A DNA stretch of 62,673 bases, the filler included, from Choristocarpus tenellus KU-1152 (lineage: Eukaryota; Protista; Phaeophyceae), in assembly GCA_964200185.2 (NCBI GenBank). It is 12 parts of 12 records of this genome, joined end to end, with 100 filler letters (N's around TTAATTAATTAA, not from the genome) between each part and the next. Parts side by side here need not be neighbours in the genome. Positions count along the whole stretch, not along the records: positions 21,017 to 26,727 come from CAXNAD020009940.1; positions 26,828 to 39,612 come from CAXNAD020001705.1; 10 more parts are not named here. The stretch is one strand, 5' to 3'. Of the stretch, positions 25,101-39,244 are shown piece after piece. Both the position numbers and the translations under genes were made by a program. Position 1 is the first letter of the stretch. Each line of letters starts with the position of its first letter. The notes below the pieces were generated by a model. The model searched no databases, was not told where the DNA came from, and saw only the letters and a program-made list of their open reading frames with translations.

Positions 25101-26444
25101 CAGGTCCCACATCCATTGATGGGCTTCATTGTGGTTGAGAGAAGGGAGAAAGGAGATTTTGTCAGGGGGAAAGATGAACAAAAAGCTGGGTAGTGGGCTG
25201 CTTTGTATTTTTGTTGTGATACTCAGAAGGTGTGATACTCAGGTGGTATGGTGATTGAACCGGAATCAATTTTTTTTCCTACCTCACCTTCATCCTGTTC
25301 TTGAAGCACATGCAATGCAATACACAGATTCAAATGTCTAGGATACATTTTTGGGATGGGCTAGAAATCCACTGTGTACAAATGTCATGGCATATCTTTA
25401 TGAATAGCACTGAACATGAGGGTATTGCTGTACTAAAGGATGTTGTACTATAGTGGATTTGGTGTGTGAAGAGTTGCGTGCTTGCAAACTCGATTCTTTT
25501 GTTCTGCTGGCCATCTGTGTGTAGAGGTTCTGGGTTTGCTTGTGCTGAACATTCATTTTTTGATTGGGTTTTAGTCAGTGGAAGCAGAGTATTCAGTTTT
25601 CAAAGCTCATTGTGGGCCTTGAAATAAATAATAGCATTGCTCAACCTCCAAAGTCTCTTGCAGTGATCTGGGCTATCTGGAACCCTCTGAGAACCGAAGC
25701 CTGACAAAATTAATCCATTGTTAACAGTGGTGTTTTTTGTCAAATTGTTCGATCTACATGTTCAGGGCAAACACTTAGTTGGAATGGAAGAAACGGTCAT
25801 AGATTGCAATCGAGGAACTAACGTTTGTTCTGTGAGGTATAAGCTTTGTAGTTGTAGGTGTATTACATTATTTTCTCCCATAGAAATACTGGTCGAGTTG
25901 AAGCTCATGCTATGTGATCAAAACTATGTGAAAGGAATGCCTTGTCTAAATGACTATGCGAAACACGAACTTTGAAGCAAAGCGACAATTTTCAGCAAAA
26001 TAATCCGTTTGCATTTTGAGCTATTGGTGTAGCTTATCTAACACTTCCAACGATACTGTTTCGTAAGCATCTTTATTCAGCACATCATATGCACCCTTGC
26101 CACTTATCCAGAAGAACCGAGACATAAACAACCAATGACTCCACACTGAAAGTTACTGTGATGTTGGACCAGACCCAAGTACAAACTTGCCTCCAGTAGG
26201 CAAGACCTGTTGATGTCCTTCTTCCCCATACCATATTATAGTACAGCAATAGACCCAATCCTCTCTTAATATTTTGCTGTGTTTTACATCCTTGCACCCC
26301 TTCAAAGTGACGAAAACACTTTACCAAAAGTCGCTTGTCACCTGGCAATCAATGGACATTTCCACCTCGCACCAGGTGTGCCCTGCAGGGTAGGGGGGGT
26401 CCTTTACACAGCCCTCTGGTTGGTGTGTAAGGGAGTACATGAAT
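22107..26444 (-). CDS. Four-domain voltage-gated Na+/Ca2+ channel alpha subunit, 3' exons (domain IV pore loop, S6, EF-hand-like tail)
   Basis: Exons 26444-26342 (FMYSLTHQPEGCVKDPPY...DCQ), 25123-24911 (PINGCGTWAAFPFFYSFTLIVTFVMLNLFIGVILDSF...WAKFDPEGTCFIK), 24310-24230 (VELL...LDAPLGFG), 23077-22970 (LQNRIKELDIP...VHFSDVAKALARR) and tentative 22206-~22107 join in frame. LNLFIGVILD and WAKFDP are NaV/CaV hallmarks. Confidence 0.9.
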
Positions 26445-26496
26445 CTGGATATTCAATGTAAACCATTCAACGTTTGCAATTCAACAATCAAGGTTT

Positions 26497-26678
26497 GACT
26501 CAAAGTGTCTGGAGGGGGGTGGTGGCTGTCCATTTGCGGGTCATTTTTCGATGTCGCGATTTTTGAGTGATTTGGTTGCATGTGCTGGATGGATAATGTA
26601 AGTGCGCTTCTCCTAGTCAGAGACCGAATGGACACCCTGGTGTAGACCCCCTCCCCCCCCCCCCCGAAACTTAGAGCC
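26497..26678 (-). mobile_element. MITE family A, complete, intronic in the channel gene
   Basis: GACTCAAAGTGTCTGG ... CCGAAACTTAGAGCC; TSD not preserved. Confidence 0.85.
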
Positions 26679-27297
26679 CTTGACCAAGGGGGGGGGAGGT
26701 TCGGTTGGAAGGGTGATCGGGCTCAAGNNNNNNNNNNNNNNNNNNNNNNNNNNNNNNNNNNNNNNNNNNNNTTAATTAATTAANNNNNNNNNNNNNNNNN
26801 NNNNNNNNNNNNNNNNNNNNNNNNNNNGGAAGATAAGGACGACAGTAGTACAATATTTGATAGTGGTGAAGTAACTGATTAGTGGTTTCCACGCAATGTC
26901 TTATAGTATTCTTATGTTTAGGACATTTTATGTACACGTATGTATATAATATAGTTTTCATTGGTTTCCCCCCTGACACATCTGCAAAATGTCAGAGAGC
27001 ATAATAATAAAATAAATTGACGTGTGGATTGTGTGTCCTAAAATTCACCACCAAATTAGAAAAAATATTTATGTTGTGAATGATGGTAATGTTGAACTTT
27101 TGGTTTAGTAAGGAGAGATTAGAGAGATAGAGAGAATACTGTGTATGAAGAATTGTTCTATTGTTTTGACAATGTCTTTGAAGTATAATCAATTGTATCC
27201 GAACCTCAAAATGAGAAGGCACGATCTGATTGATATAATCCTACGAGCGAAGAACAGAATGAGGTCTTGAACTATCATAATACAGTTTATATCAAGA

Positions 27298-27525
27298 TTT
27301 GTTGAGAGATAGTAAATTGGAATATAATTTGTGTACTACTGAAAATAATATATATTAATTAAAAGTATACAGTTGTATCACTATTTGTTGATAGAGAGTA
27401 AATTGGAATATAATTTGTGTACTACTGAAAATAATATATATTAATTAAAAGTATACAGTTGTATCACTATTTGTTGGTAGAGAGTAAATTGGAATATAAT
27501 TGTGTACTACTGAAAATAATCTATA
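27298..27525. repeat. 86-bp AT-rich tandem repeat, about 2.6 copies
   Basis: AGTAAATTGGAATATAATT at 27311, 27397 and 27483. Confidence 0.9.
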
Positions 27526-27939
27526 GTAAAAAAAGGTATGGTTAGTGTTTGTATATTGTATATTAGTTATTGTACGCTATATATTTATATTTGTATTGAT
27601 TTCTTGTATATGTTGTGGTGAGAGAACTAATGTAGTGGTTCTGTCCGATCTAATTACAGTCAACTGTTCGGACAATCCTCACAACGCTATACTCCTGTTA
27701 ACCATTCTTCACTCCTCAACGTTCACACAGGAACCGAATTTTTCACTCCTAGTTGATATGTGGGTTGGGTGTAAGTTTGCGTAGAGCACACCACCATAGT
27801 GCAGGGGGTGTGGAACTCTCACTTCAATCACCGTGGAACATAGTATCACCACAGTACAATACGTGTACAGGGTGTTGGGAACTTGGAACTTCATTGGTCT
27901 TTGGGATCTGTACAGTTGTGGGTTGGACAGAATTTCAAC

Positions 27940-30900
27940 ATGGGGCAACCTAACAAACTTCCTTCCAGTCCATCTGGGCAAACTATCATTAGATGGGGAC
28001 TATACATAACTGGGTTTGCGAGCTGTGCTATCATATTGTTATCATTGTTGGAAATACCTGAACTAGTGGGGTGGCAGGTAAGGCAGCGAACTTCGTTACT
28101 AACCCAAGCGCAAGGGCCAAGATACTACGAGTGCCCTGCAAAGCAAATCGCACAGGATTGGTTACTTCGAGAGGGAAGCATGACCCAGGTAAGTAAAGGC
28201 ATCGAAGGAGACCTTTGGGGTGGAGCATTTATGTTTGTCCACAAGCGATGACACTTGCCCCCTAAGCTCCAGTAAAGTTCGCATGGAGTGAGAATGTACA
28301 TCCCGAAGGAGAAGGGATAACCCTATGCTCGCACAGGATTTATATATGCTACAAGTGAGTAACCAGACCCGTAAACACTCCTTCAGGCTGAGGTTGCAGA
28401 TAGATTTGGACCTTGCGGGGCAGAGGAGCTCGAGGGCTATCGGAATCGGACGGTGAGTGGGAGAGTGGGCTAGTCGACTAACCATTTAGCATTTGCTGCA
28501 CTTACCAGTCTGCGTGGTGGTTTACATTTCATCTTTATTAACATATTCAGTTCCTCTGACATAAGAAGTGACTATTAAGTGCCAGGACTCCAACACTCAA
28601 ATCAGAACAGTTGAGTGCGTGTCCCTATCAATACAACAGCACTGCTGCAGTTTGTGCTTTGAAGCGTGGGGAACGGTTGTACGTGAACTCGATTGTATCA
28701 GGAGAGCAGTGTCCATGATTCCGCTTGAGGAAATACAGACGTTTGTTCATCATTGCGATACTTTTAAAGTATCAACCTGTTTTAATCTAACCTGAACATT
28801 CTGGTTGAGAGCTCTGTGTACCTCGCGCATCACGTGGATTGTACACTAAAATCGTCTTGTAGATAATGGGCTTGATAATTATGGGTTGAAACTGTAAATT
28901 ATTTCTTTGACCCTAGTGGGCGAGGAACGACTGGATATTTGAGTTTATTCAATTGAGATTAGTTTAGACCTCAATGGTCCTTCTGTCATGTCAACATTTG
29001 CAAGAATTTGGGCTGTAAAATATAGCATGTTGTAATCCAGCACATTGGACATGTTGGAGAGGGAGGGTGACCACTTGTAGATATTCACTGCCTGGGATGA
29101 GATGGACTCGGCATAGGGATATTAATCTGTGGAATAGAGTTTGTATTTGGCTCTCAATTTTGCCAACAGTAATCAGTTGCGTTCATATTATTCATAAGTC
29201 CTGCACAGGTTCGATGCAAGGGTGCATTCTGGTGAATGTTAATATCGCGTTTGGTGTGAATGAGCACTGGAGTATATGACTGCATATCTTCAAGGCTCTG
29301 CGGTTGAAATGTTCAGATTTACCCATAAAGTCACAGTCCAATTGATTTTTGCACGGTAGCCAATTTTTGCCATTCCAAGAGGTGTAATCTACAGATTATA
29401 TTGATGTCTTCTGAGCTCAATTTCAAGGTAACAGTTGGTCGTGAGTGAGAGGGATGGACCAGGAAGCTCAACTATATAAGGACGCACAACTTTTGATGGG
29501 TGATATGTCCAATAATCTATGTGGTTGCGAAGGGACGAACATACCAGATCGACCTAGAGCTCTTCTGTACAGAAGCAGTTAGGAAAGTTTGTATGGCATG
29601 CATATTTTATGTGGTTATGAAGGAAAAGTAAGATCAGACCAACCTAGAACTATTGTCAACAGAAGAAGTCTGGAAGGTTGGTATACCATTTTTACGTATG
29701 ATAGGGATTGAAGACGGTTTTGAAAACAAGAATTCTCTTGCAGAGCAAGGATGCAAGGGTATGTCAAGAAATTTTTTAACACATACGATGAGTTATTTCC
29801 TCTTCTGTTTCTACTTACACTGGCAGGACTACCATTTTGTTGGGTTGGGGGTGCAGAAGGGAGGCACTACTGCTCTCTACATGCGGCTTGTCGAGCACCC
29901 CAGCTTGCCAGGCGGATCAAAAGAGGTAGGGAGATAGGGCGCTCTGTGGTCCAAAAAGTCGCCATGTGTACATGTCCGTCTCACCCCTTCTGCTCATGGA
30001 CAAACCCACCGTTTTGAAAGTATTTCACAGATTCCTATTCCCCTTTGGTGACTCCATTCCTACACTGCCAATGTCTCAAGTGAGTTACAAATTCTTTTGT
30101 GATCTTTTCCTGTGGCCTGTTTGGCAAAGATTAGTTCCACTAATAGTATTTTTAGCAGTAAGATGGAGGGTAGGGAGTGTAGTAAGGTGAGCCACACGTA
30201 CACCAATACCCGTAAAATAGCCTGTGCATCGCACTTAGCCAATCAGATGCGTATGCATTTTTGTAACTGTTATTGGTACCATCTTTACCCACAAACTACC
30301 TTCAACATTTTGTGAAGCAATTGTCTGGTTGACTGCTTGTCTTAGTACTTAACTTGTCAATTCCATTTTTACACTGCCTTCGCTTTTTTCACATTTGTCT
30401 GAAGCGACCGATAGGGATGCTTGGGCGCAACACCTTATGAGTCATTTTGAGTTCCCTCTGACTAGACTTTTCATGTGTATGCTCATATTCCTCTATGATA
30501 TTTCCACTAGCACTGAGGTACCATCCCCCGTGCCCTGAACCAAAACTATTGCGGTTAACATTGGGTGCTTGTGCCTCATGCAGACACTCTTCTTCTTTGA
30601 AGACGTACTGGATGATATGCCAAGAAAGCAGGCAAAAAAATATTTTCTTGGGAAGCACTACAACGGCATCAAGAATGTCGACAAGGTGAGGAGAACACTG
30701 TTGTCATATTGAAAAAAAACAATGCAAGCGCAAATTGCATGAGACAATTGGTTCCTATTGTCGTAGACTCCTCTGTCCTTAAAATCTCACATTTCTTCAG
30801 GGCCACCGTCGAGGAGAAATGACTCCAGAGTATCAGTGCCATCCCTTTATTGCAAAGAGGGTAAAGCATGTGTTGGGAAGGCACCTGCGCTTCATCTCAA

Positions 30901-33900
30901 TTCTGCGGGAACCAGTCTCCAGGGCGTACAGGTACCACTCTCCACCCAGCTGAAGCTTCATACTATTTTGTTTGTCACTAACATGATTACATTAATCCAC
31001 ATCTTGCTGCGTTCCTAAGTATTGAATGATAAGGTATTGCATAGTTATCAGCAGCATGTTTCACACCATCTATGATAAGGTAGTGTAGAAGTAATTTGGG
31101 TCTGAACCTGAGTGCACTGCTCATTTCTGCTTTATCAATGAGGTTGAAGCATCCGTAAGATGACTTCAGGTCATTACTCGAGCTCTGGGGGCTTAGAATC
31201 TGCACAACTTGTGATTTTCGCAGAGGCAAACAAGACGTTCTGAGTTGGGGCTCTGCAGGGCAACGGAAAATATTGATATGTTGGAAAAATTGAGTACACT
31301 TTGGCTGATAATAACCCTGATGAAGAATTGAGTGTAATGCTGTCTGTGACAAACTGTTGAGTTGAAGGTAATCACAGGTGTATACTGAAGAGCGATAGCC
31401 TCTTTCCTTTACATACTTTGGCAGTACTTTAAAGTATTTCCTGCGCAAAACGGGCAGGAAGGAGTAGTATCGCTTCTGGTGTAAAACGTCAATTTTGGTG
31501 AATGTAGACCTCTAAGCAGTAATGACAATATTCTTCAGAGTTTGTATATCTCACACAGGCTTATTGAAAAAGTTGAGTTACTACTCGAAGAATGGTCACT
31601 AATCATGTTGGACATTGCTGCGCCCCTTTCTACCCAAGCATTATTATATTTGTGCATGCTTTTGAGTATGTATTGATAAAATGAAGAGATTCAGTGCTGT
31701 ATGATTTCATTTGGTGGATTTTTCTATTGGTCTCACTTCGTTACTAATTAGGACCTGAGTGTATTGGTTCCTTCAAAGCATGATCTTTGATAGTATGCAC
31801 AAGGTCAAAGTTCACATTTTTTGGTGTCTCCACTTCTTCACAGGGTCACTCGTCCACATAAATCAAAACCAAAGAAGTGATTTCCGGTTCTGGTCAGGCA
31901 CCTTCTCCAGCCTATCATGCGTCGTTGATGTACACAAGCTTGAAGGACTGAAATGTCTTTGATTTTTTTCTCAAGTGGTTGTTCGTTTAGGATCTAAGGG
32001 AGGTTCTTTTCCTGGAGCCCGTTCACCTTCTCAAAATCAATCCTCCTTCAGTTGAAAATTTTGGAGTTTTGAACTTGGGAGGAGAAAATGAAGTTACGCT
32101 TGAACAGGATGTAACACGCTCTCTCTCATTGACTGGTCGCACGTTTGCCATGTGGTATGCTGTGTGTGTTGTTGTAAGCTGGGGGTAGAGGTTCCGCACA
32201 TTGTGTGGGTATGGTGATTCGGAATGTAAACTTATACGCGGACTTGACAAGGATTTTCTTTGGATAGTGTGTACTACACTTCGTTTGTAGTATCCCACTG
32301 TCGACCTGTTCATGTGATATTTCTAGACTTGAACTATGGCTTCTTGATTTATGAGGTATGAACGTGTTTGTTCATGAATGATGTCAGCTTGTCAAGGGGT
32401 AGAGGCTGTTGAGTATTGAAGGCTTCACGGTTTGAAGTACTGAGGTAGTATTGTGGACTGAGTGTGGTGGGACGTCATCTGTTTGGCAGACATGAGCGAA
32501 GAACTGAGCTGAACGTCTGATGTGCGAACTTCACAGTAGACATGTTGACTGACTGTATAGTGGAGCAGGATGAAAGTGGCCCAATTTCTTAACCTGGTCG
32601 ATCACTCTTTCCCTCCCGCATCTTAACAAAATTGGCAGTTACTTCCAGATGGTAACACGTCTGGGGAACCCTAAAGGACGTGTAGCAGACACATTCGAAG
32701 CTACAATCGAGAAAGAGTACAAGCTTCTGATAGAATGCATAGGGACTGAGGACCCTCATTGGTACCGAGATTGCTACCTCAAGAGGTACGCCTGTTTTTG
32801 GTTATGCTCGTTCAGGGTGAGATGATGCTGAATGAGTTAAGGTATTACGTCTCAGCCATGCAATTGCGAACAGTAGTCTACAGGTTCCTGGAATCTTGTA
32901 GTCCACTGAGTCAGAGCGGATGTTGGTGCTTGACAGCACCCTCATGATTCTGTCTATCACAAGGTTTAAGATCAATGTGGGGGTGTGGATTATGGTCACC
33001 TGAAAAGCAAGTGGAGGACTTGGTAACATTCTTATTTTTCTTGCACATATTTTCTCAAAATTCTTGTGAGGAAACAATGTTCGCGAGTCTTCGTGATCAA
33101 GATGATAGCAACTTTGTATGGTTCCACAAGGTACAGAAGTCTTTACGTAATCAAATTGTTCCTTGTATGCGTAGCACGACATTATTGCTCGAATAATACC
33201 AGGACGTCTTAGCCTTCCTCTCAACCAAAGTATTTTAGAGGGTAGAGCCGCGTCCATTTGGGGGTCAAAATACAATTCTGTGATATTCCTTTTGATGAAA
33301 TCTTGGCTATCGTGTTTGTTAAGAAGTGTCAATATCCTATGTTTCGGACACATCTTTTCATAACATATATTTTACTTACTCCGAAACATTTTGGAGTCCG
33401 AAAATGTCATAGAGAAACCCATGGGAAGTCAAGCCCCATAAATTGACAAACAGGGAAAAATTTGTACCCTCTAAGATTCACTCTCTCAAGCGCATCTCAA
33501 ATCTCTATCTGAAGTCACTTTCGGTCTCAATTCTTTTTGTTCTACCCTCTCCGCTTCACCCTGCACCCTGGTACTATCCCTGTTCCCTAACAGATACATC
33601 AAGGAGGCGTCAGTAAATAAGGGTTCACCTGTGGGTCCCCTAGGCTACGGTTTTTACTACTACCACTTCTTTTACTGGTTTCATGTGAGATCCGATATGA
33701 ACCACCAAAAACAAGTCTAAACTCCAACACTCTTGAATTTGCCATGCATTAAGTAACCTGTAGTGCTATGTATTGTCATGCACGCTTTGCCTATATACAT
33801 ATATATATATTTTTTTTAAAGCCAGATATATCTAAAATGATTGAATATGTCAAGATTTTTTTTCCTTGCCGTAGTTTGTGTTTAATTGTTTAGTGGATTG

Positions 33901-35415
33901 ATGTTCCTGTTTTATTCTTGATTTCGTGAGGGCGAGTTGAAGTGTACAGGGTCACTCTCTTTCTGGAACGCTATCGGCTCAAATGTGTCTGGCACATTGG
34001 AAAATCTATTCAATATTATTTCTATTGCTCCGCTCAACCATTGTGATTCTTAGTTTATTGATCTGGCCTTTGACCGAAAGTATCTGGGGGGGGGTTGGGA
34101 TCTACCCCAGGGTGTCCATTTTTTAAGAATCAAAATCAGGACAAGTGCATTTACATTATCCATCCGGCATATGCAACCAAATCATACAGAAATTAAGATA
34201 TAAAAAAATTGACTGCAAATGGACAGCCCCCACCCCTCCCCCCAGATACGTTGAAGCCTTTCGTGGTACAATTTACTCAGGGGTCTATTGTCTTGCGTTG
34301 TTGCACATCACAGGGTGCCCTGCAGGGTACTCATGGATAGCTCACTGGTGACCTTAGAACTTAGGCGTTCGACTTCGTATTACTCAACAAATCCTCTCTG
34401 CATTTTCTGCTCTGTGCTGAAAGGGTCAAACGATAAATCAGATGAACCACATATGGTCAGGGATCGAAATTGAAGGCCCCTCTCCTTGCTTGCTTTGCTT
34501 GAAGTTGATGCCTTGGAGTATGCTAACCATTTTTATTTTTCGCAGGTGTTCCAGCCTTGCAATTTCCTTGTCCTGGAGTCAGAGGATTTAAAAACGCCTG
34601 GCATCGAACAGTGTATGTTCCTGTTCTTGGATGCCAAGCCATACAACTTTCATGTGGACGAGAAGAACGTGCCAATAAAAGAAGGGTGGATACAGGTAAT
34701 ATTGTTCTACAAGAAGTAAATCTACAAGCACCCATGTTTCAGAAGAAATCAATAGTGCGTTTGCCATGCAACTTAACCTTACTTGGAACGGGTTATTTTT
34801 CATAGGGTAGAACGTATCTTCCATTGTACGAGTCTGTGCTTGTTAATTAATCTGCATTGTTCATCTTTTCTCTCCGTTCTACTGCCTGGTTTTCATAAGG
34901 TTGTGCTGTAGGTCGGTGATGATGTTCACTAGTTAATCCTCATTGCAGTTTGGGATGTGAGATACGAGTGAGAACTGCTTGCCTCTCTTGCATCAGTGCC
35001 TAGCTGTTGTAATTAAGCCAAAGTCAGCCCTACAGTCGTACTACGAGGTAGTAAGAACTAGTCCTCTACTGGTAAACCAGTATGGTACAATCTGAAGTGC
35101 TATCATATCCAACATAAGGAACTGATAAAGTTCAGAGATGCATCCCAACTCAATTCTCACAACAGTCATGCGATCCAATTGTTTTTGTTTTTTGCACAGT
35201 GTGTGGTGGCTGTTCAGTTTTCATCTAATGTGTACATGTTGACTCTCTCCTTCTCCCTCGTTTGCTTCCTCTCTTGGCAGTCTCACCTCTACAAAGAAAA
35301 TGACCCGATTGACCCACGGACAGAAGCTATGCTTCGTGATATGTACAAACCTTTTATCGGACCACTGGAAGACCTACTAGGAAGGAAATTTCCGTCCTGG
35401 GGTTACGGGGGTTGA
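27940..35415 (+). CDS. Type II membrane sulfotransferase (heparan-sulfate 3-O-ST/NDST-like Sulfotransfer_1 family), complete, 8 exons, 367 aa
   Basis: Exons 27940-28188, 29827-29925, 30584-30685, 30801-30931, 32639-32785, 33594-33684, 34546-34695, 35281-35415; all GT-AG and phase-consistent (1104 nt). N-terminal TM (WGLYITGFASCAIILLSLL), 5'-PSB GVQKGGTT, KETLFF, GEMTPEY, 3'-PB LREPVSRAYS, GFY...YW, C-terminal LEDLLGRKFPSW. Confidence 0.92.
33222..33483 (-). mobile_element. MITE family B, in sulfotransferase intron 5
   Basis: CAACCAAAGTATTTTAGAGGGTA ... TACCCTCTAAGATTCACTC; CT-repeat flanks give an approximate TSD. Confidence 0.88.
34072..34257 (+). mobile_element. MITE family A, complete, TSD CTTT, in sulfotransferase intron 6
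   Basis: CTTT|GACCGAAAGTATCTG(n) ... CCCAGATACGTTGAAGC|CTTT. Confidence 0.9.
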
Positions 35416-38400
35416 ACCAAGTGAAGGTGATGGATTGATAGGCACCACATCTTACAACACAACATCGAGCCGTTTGTTGTCAAGGTAATGTAGAGCTCTA
35501 CTGATAGTGAGCTTTGTTGAGTACCTTGCTTTTATAGAATATAGGCATGTATACAATCATTTATACACCTTCCAAAACTGGGTGATTGAGCGAGAGGGAC
35601 ATTTTCCCCCTTTTTTACTGCACAGTGCTTCTACTGTGCCAATCTGTGCCATTGTGTTTTGGGTCAACATAAAAAAATATTCCCACCTTTTCTTGTTTTC
35701 TTCATGGCAATCGTGATGAAAGTTGCTTGCATACATGACAGCCTATGGTGGAGTTGATGCGGTTGGAGAAGAACACATAGCAGAGCAACTGTTGTTGAAA
35801 CTGTAAATCAGATTAAGTTCTGCTTCTTCAATGCAGATTGACAGTGATGTCGTGATTCAGATAAAGTGCCTCGTGTAGAGGCTTGCAGTCTTGTGAAAGG
35901 GAAGAGTTGACCCAGTGCACTGAAGCACAAATTAACTTCTATTTCGTGAGTCATATTGTGCTCTCTGAAGAGGTTTGGCTGATGTAACGCAATTAAGCCC
36001 TAATCAAAGATGTGATGCAAGAGGTGGTATGCTCTGAGTATAGAGTTACTTTTCGAGAAAAAGTTGTCAATGTCTTAACTTCTGAATGCGAATCATCCAG
36101 ATATGTATCAAAGCACCCTTAAGTCAGAGTGAGCTCAAGGTAATGAGGTGGGGATCTACCTCGCACTCTTGATGAAATGTCAGAGATGGTAACCATCTGC
36201 CATGTCTATTTCTTTTCAAGTCTTTACGTCCATGACAACAACGTATGGGCCATAAACCTTTGACATATGAAGCTTCTACGCCAAGGACAGAATACTGATA
36301 CATAGGACGGGAACATCAGAATGACTTAAAGAGGGAGAACCATGAGAATGTATGTACACTACCAATCTGTATACAGTAGGTGTTGACGTGTCTTTGTAAT
36401 GATGCTCTGATTGAACAGTACTAGGTGATGAGGTAGGAATCCTAGACTACAACTACCTCTATTAATACCTCATAGAGTAGCTTGTGTTTCAGTACCGCCC
36501 AACAGATACAAGTGGACTAACGATGGGAGGGGTACATAGAAGAGCTGTTTATCAAATCTATTTTAGAGTGATAAGATCATTGATATGGTATTCTAGAACA
36601 TACGATCAAGTAGGTAGAGTTGTAAGCGCAAGTTTTTGGCTTTTTTTTGTCGTGGGGCAACAGTAGCACGTACGATAGGTGTAGATGAAACATTCGTCTA
36701 GGTTTAAGGTCCTTCCATGTGGAGCGTAACAGACAAAATTTTAAGTAGGTAGGTTATATGTGAGCCAACTAGTCAGACATTTGTTGAACTGCTAACGTTG
36801 TCATAATGACAATTTGACTAGATTAGGGTTGATGCAAGAAATGTCACAGTTAGGGTATAATTAATGGTATCACCAAATATTGACTGCTTTTTCACGCAAA
36901 ACCAGTAATGTGATGATATTGCAGGTAGTATGGACTCACAAATCCATTCCATATGTACCTACTAGACCGTAGTCAAAACGGAGGTACAGATGGTTTCAGA
37001 GCACAACCAACTCTCTGACAAGATGATCATCTGGTACAACCTTCATCCCTGTGAGTTCATTGGAGGAGGGTGGTGGAAACGTTCAAGCAGAAAGGAATAC
37101 ACTTAAGGGGGAATATAGTTCCTTTAACTATGATGAGAGCAAGTTCAGCATGACTGAGCAGCTCAAGATGGCGACCAAGACGTCACAGTAGAGGGAAAAT
37201 GGCGTGCCCTCGAAAGAGCATGGTTGGCGATGACCTTGAGAACTGTAATACCAGCTGGGGGTATACGGTGATATCCAGGCATTGAATGCGGATGGAGTGA
37301 AGCAGGTTGTTGGTTCGCTCAAATGAAGGAGGTTTTGGGAGTTGAGTAAGGAAGTTTGGTACATACGTCTTTGCCTAAACCAGACATCACCTTCACCTGC
37401 ATGTGAATGCTCGTTCTCCTTTACTGGCAATATACAGCTCCCCCAAAGCGTGACCATTTTTCTGGGGATATCATTGTTGAAATAATGGGGTTCTCACGCG
37501 GGGATGACTTTGTTTCCGTGCTCTGTTGTGGAAGGCGTAGGTAGTGGAATATCATAGTGACGGAGATAAATACAGCACCATTTAAAGAGTTCCTGCCACT
37601 TCTGACTGGAGGTTCTCTATCTAAATAGGCGTAAGGTGAAGGAGTACATGGCGATTTGTTTTCTCTTAGTTACATTCTATTATCTTCACCTTGCTGATGT
37701 CAACCCAGCTCCTACGTTGGGTGTGAGCCGCAAACTGAGTAAAAAAATGTGAGGGATGATAAGTGATACATATATATATATAGACATTGTGTAAACTCAC
37801 TCTAAAACGATAGAGGGTAAAATTCTGTAATTATCGTTTTTTACTTGGAATCTTGATAGAAAAACTGTCGCATTTTTTAATAATTATTTTGATGTTAAAG
37901 TGGTACCAGTAGCTTCGCCCTCTGTGACAATCTTGAATTTTTTCACTGTATAGCCGCAATAGATACACAATACAAAACAATATATATATCAAATGAAAGG
38001 GTATGACAAGAGTCTTCGAAGGGCTGTGGAAAAATGTACAAACTTCGGTGAACGGGAACTATGTCCTGATAAATAATGGAATAAAACATGGGGGAATATC
38101 TCAATTTTGAAGCTCACGACTCCAAAACGGACAAAAATGAAGTGGTTGGCTGAACTCCTTGTAGAAACTGGGCCGGGTTAGGTCGCTGCCCAAGTTTGCC
38201 TGATGCGGTTATACAAAACAAAATCAAGATTTTGGGACATCTTTTTAACGCCTTTTCCAGAATTTCTGTGAGCACACACACACGTGACTTACACAGGAAC
38301 ATGAACCGCGACAGTGAGACAAGGAGAGCTGCCGTGGCCAGTGTACTCTCTAGATCTACCCTTAGCACCTTTTCTGTCGAGAGGCGACGGAAAAGCTAGT

Positions 38401-39244
38401 ACCGTGTGACACTCAGTGTGATATTAGGTGAAGAGCAAGTGCGAGTGGTGTGGTGCAGCAGCATAATTGAATCGTGAAATGGACCACTCGATCGCAACGC
38501 TGATACTGAGAGAAGATGCATTGAAAGCATTACCACACAAACATGGTTGGGTCTTCAACCACGTCAGAGAACTGCTCTGCAAGAACTGTCACGTCAGGAA
38601 AACAGAAAGAGAGTGGCAAGTCCATCACCAGGTGGTAAAGTGACAAAGTATGTGGGGAAGCCTGGTCATGGTAAGCGAAGGGAGAACTGGGGTGGCCTCC
38701 CGAAGGGAAGATTGAAGAAAAGAGCAGTGTGACTGCATGCCATTGCGCTCAGGAAACGCCTAAGCGAAAACTCGGGTGTAGAATAACTTAGTAGTCGACA
38801 GTTGCAGCAGGCCCTGGCTATTTGGAAGCTATTTGAGCTGGAGTGACTTGAAGAAACGAGGAAGAAGGTGTTAGGGTTGGGGTACAAGGGCTCTGAAGCC
38901 CGAAAGAAGGTCGAAAGAGCTCACAAGGTGGAGGAGAAAGCGATCGTAACAAAGGCAGCTGTGGAGACGTTTCGATACCTCCAAATCCTTTACTTAGGAG
39001 AGGTCGCGAAGCAGGTGGAGGTAGCCATTGACGAGGACACTAGGGCTGAAGAGGAGGTGAGATTGAGACTATTTGCACACCAATGGTTTGGAGCCTCCCA
39101 CTTCTTGCAAGATGCCGTACATTTGCTCTTGTTCCTGGACTTGGGGTTGGACATATAAAGCTGATTAAGGCTTTCTCCTATCCTGCATTTTTTTGAGAAA
39201 TCAAGACAATTTTTGATCATCTCAAGTTTTGTCCTCCCTCGCCC

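Noticed and set aside
32052-32154. Extra sulfotransferase exon
   Set aside because: Phase is incompatible; exons 30801-30931 and 32639-32785 already join to give the intact RAYSYF motif.
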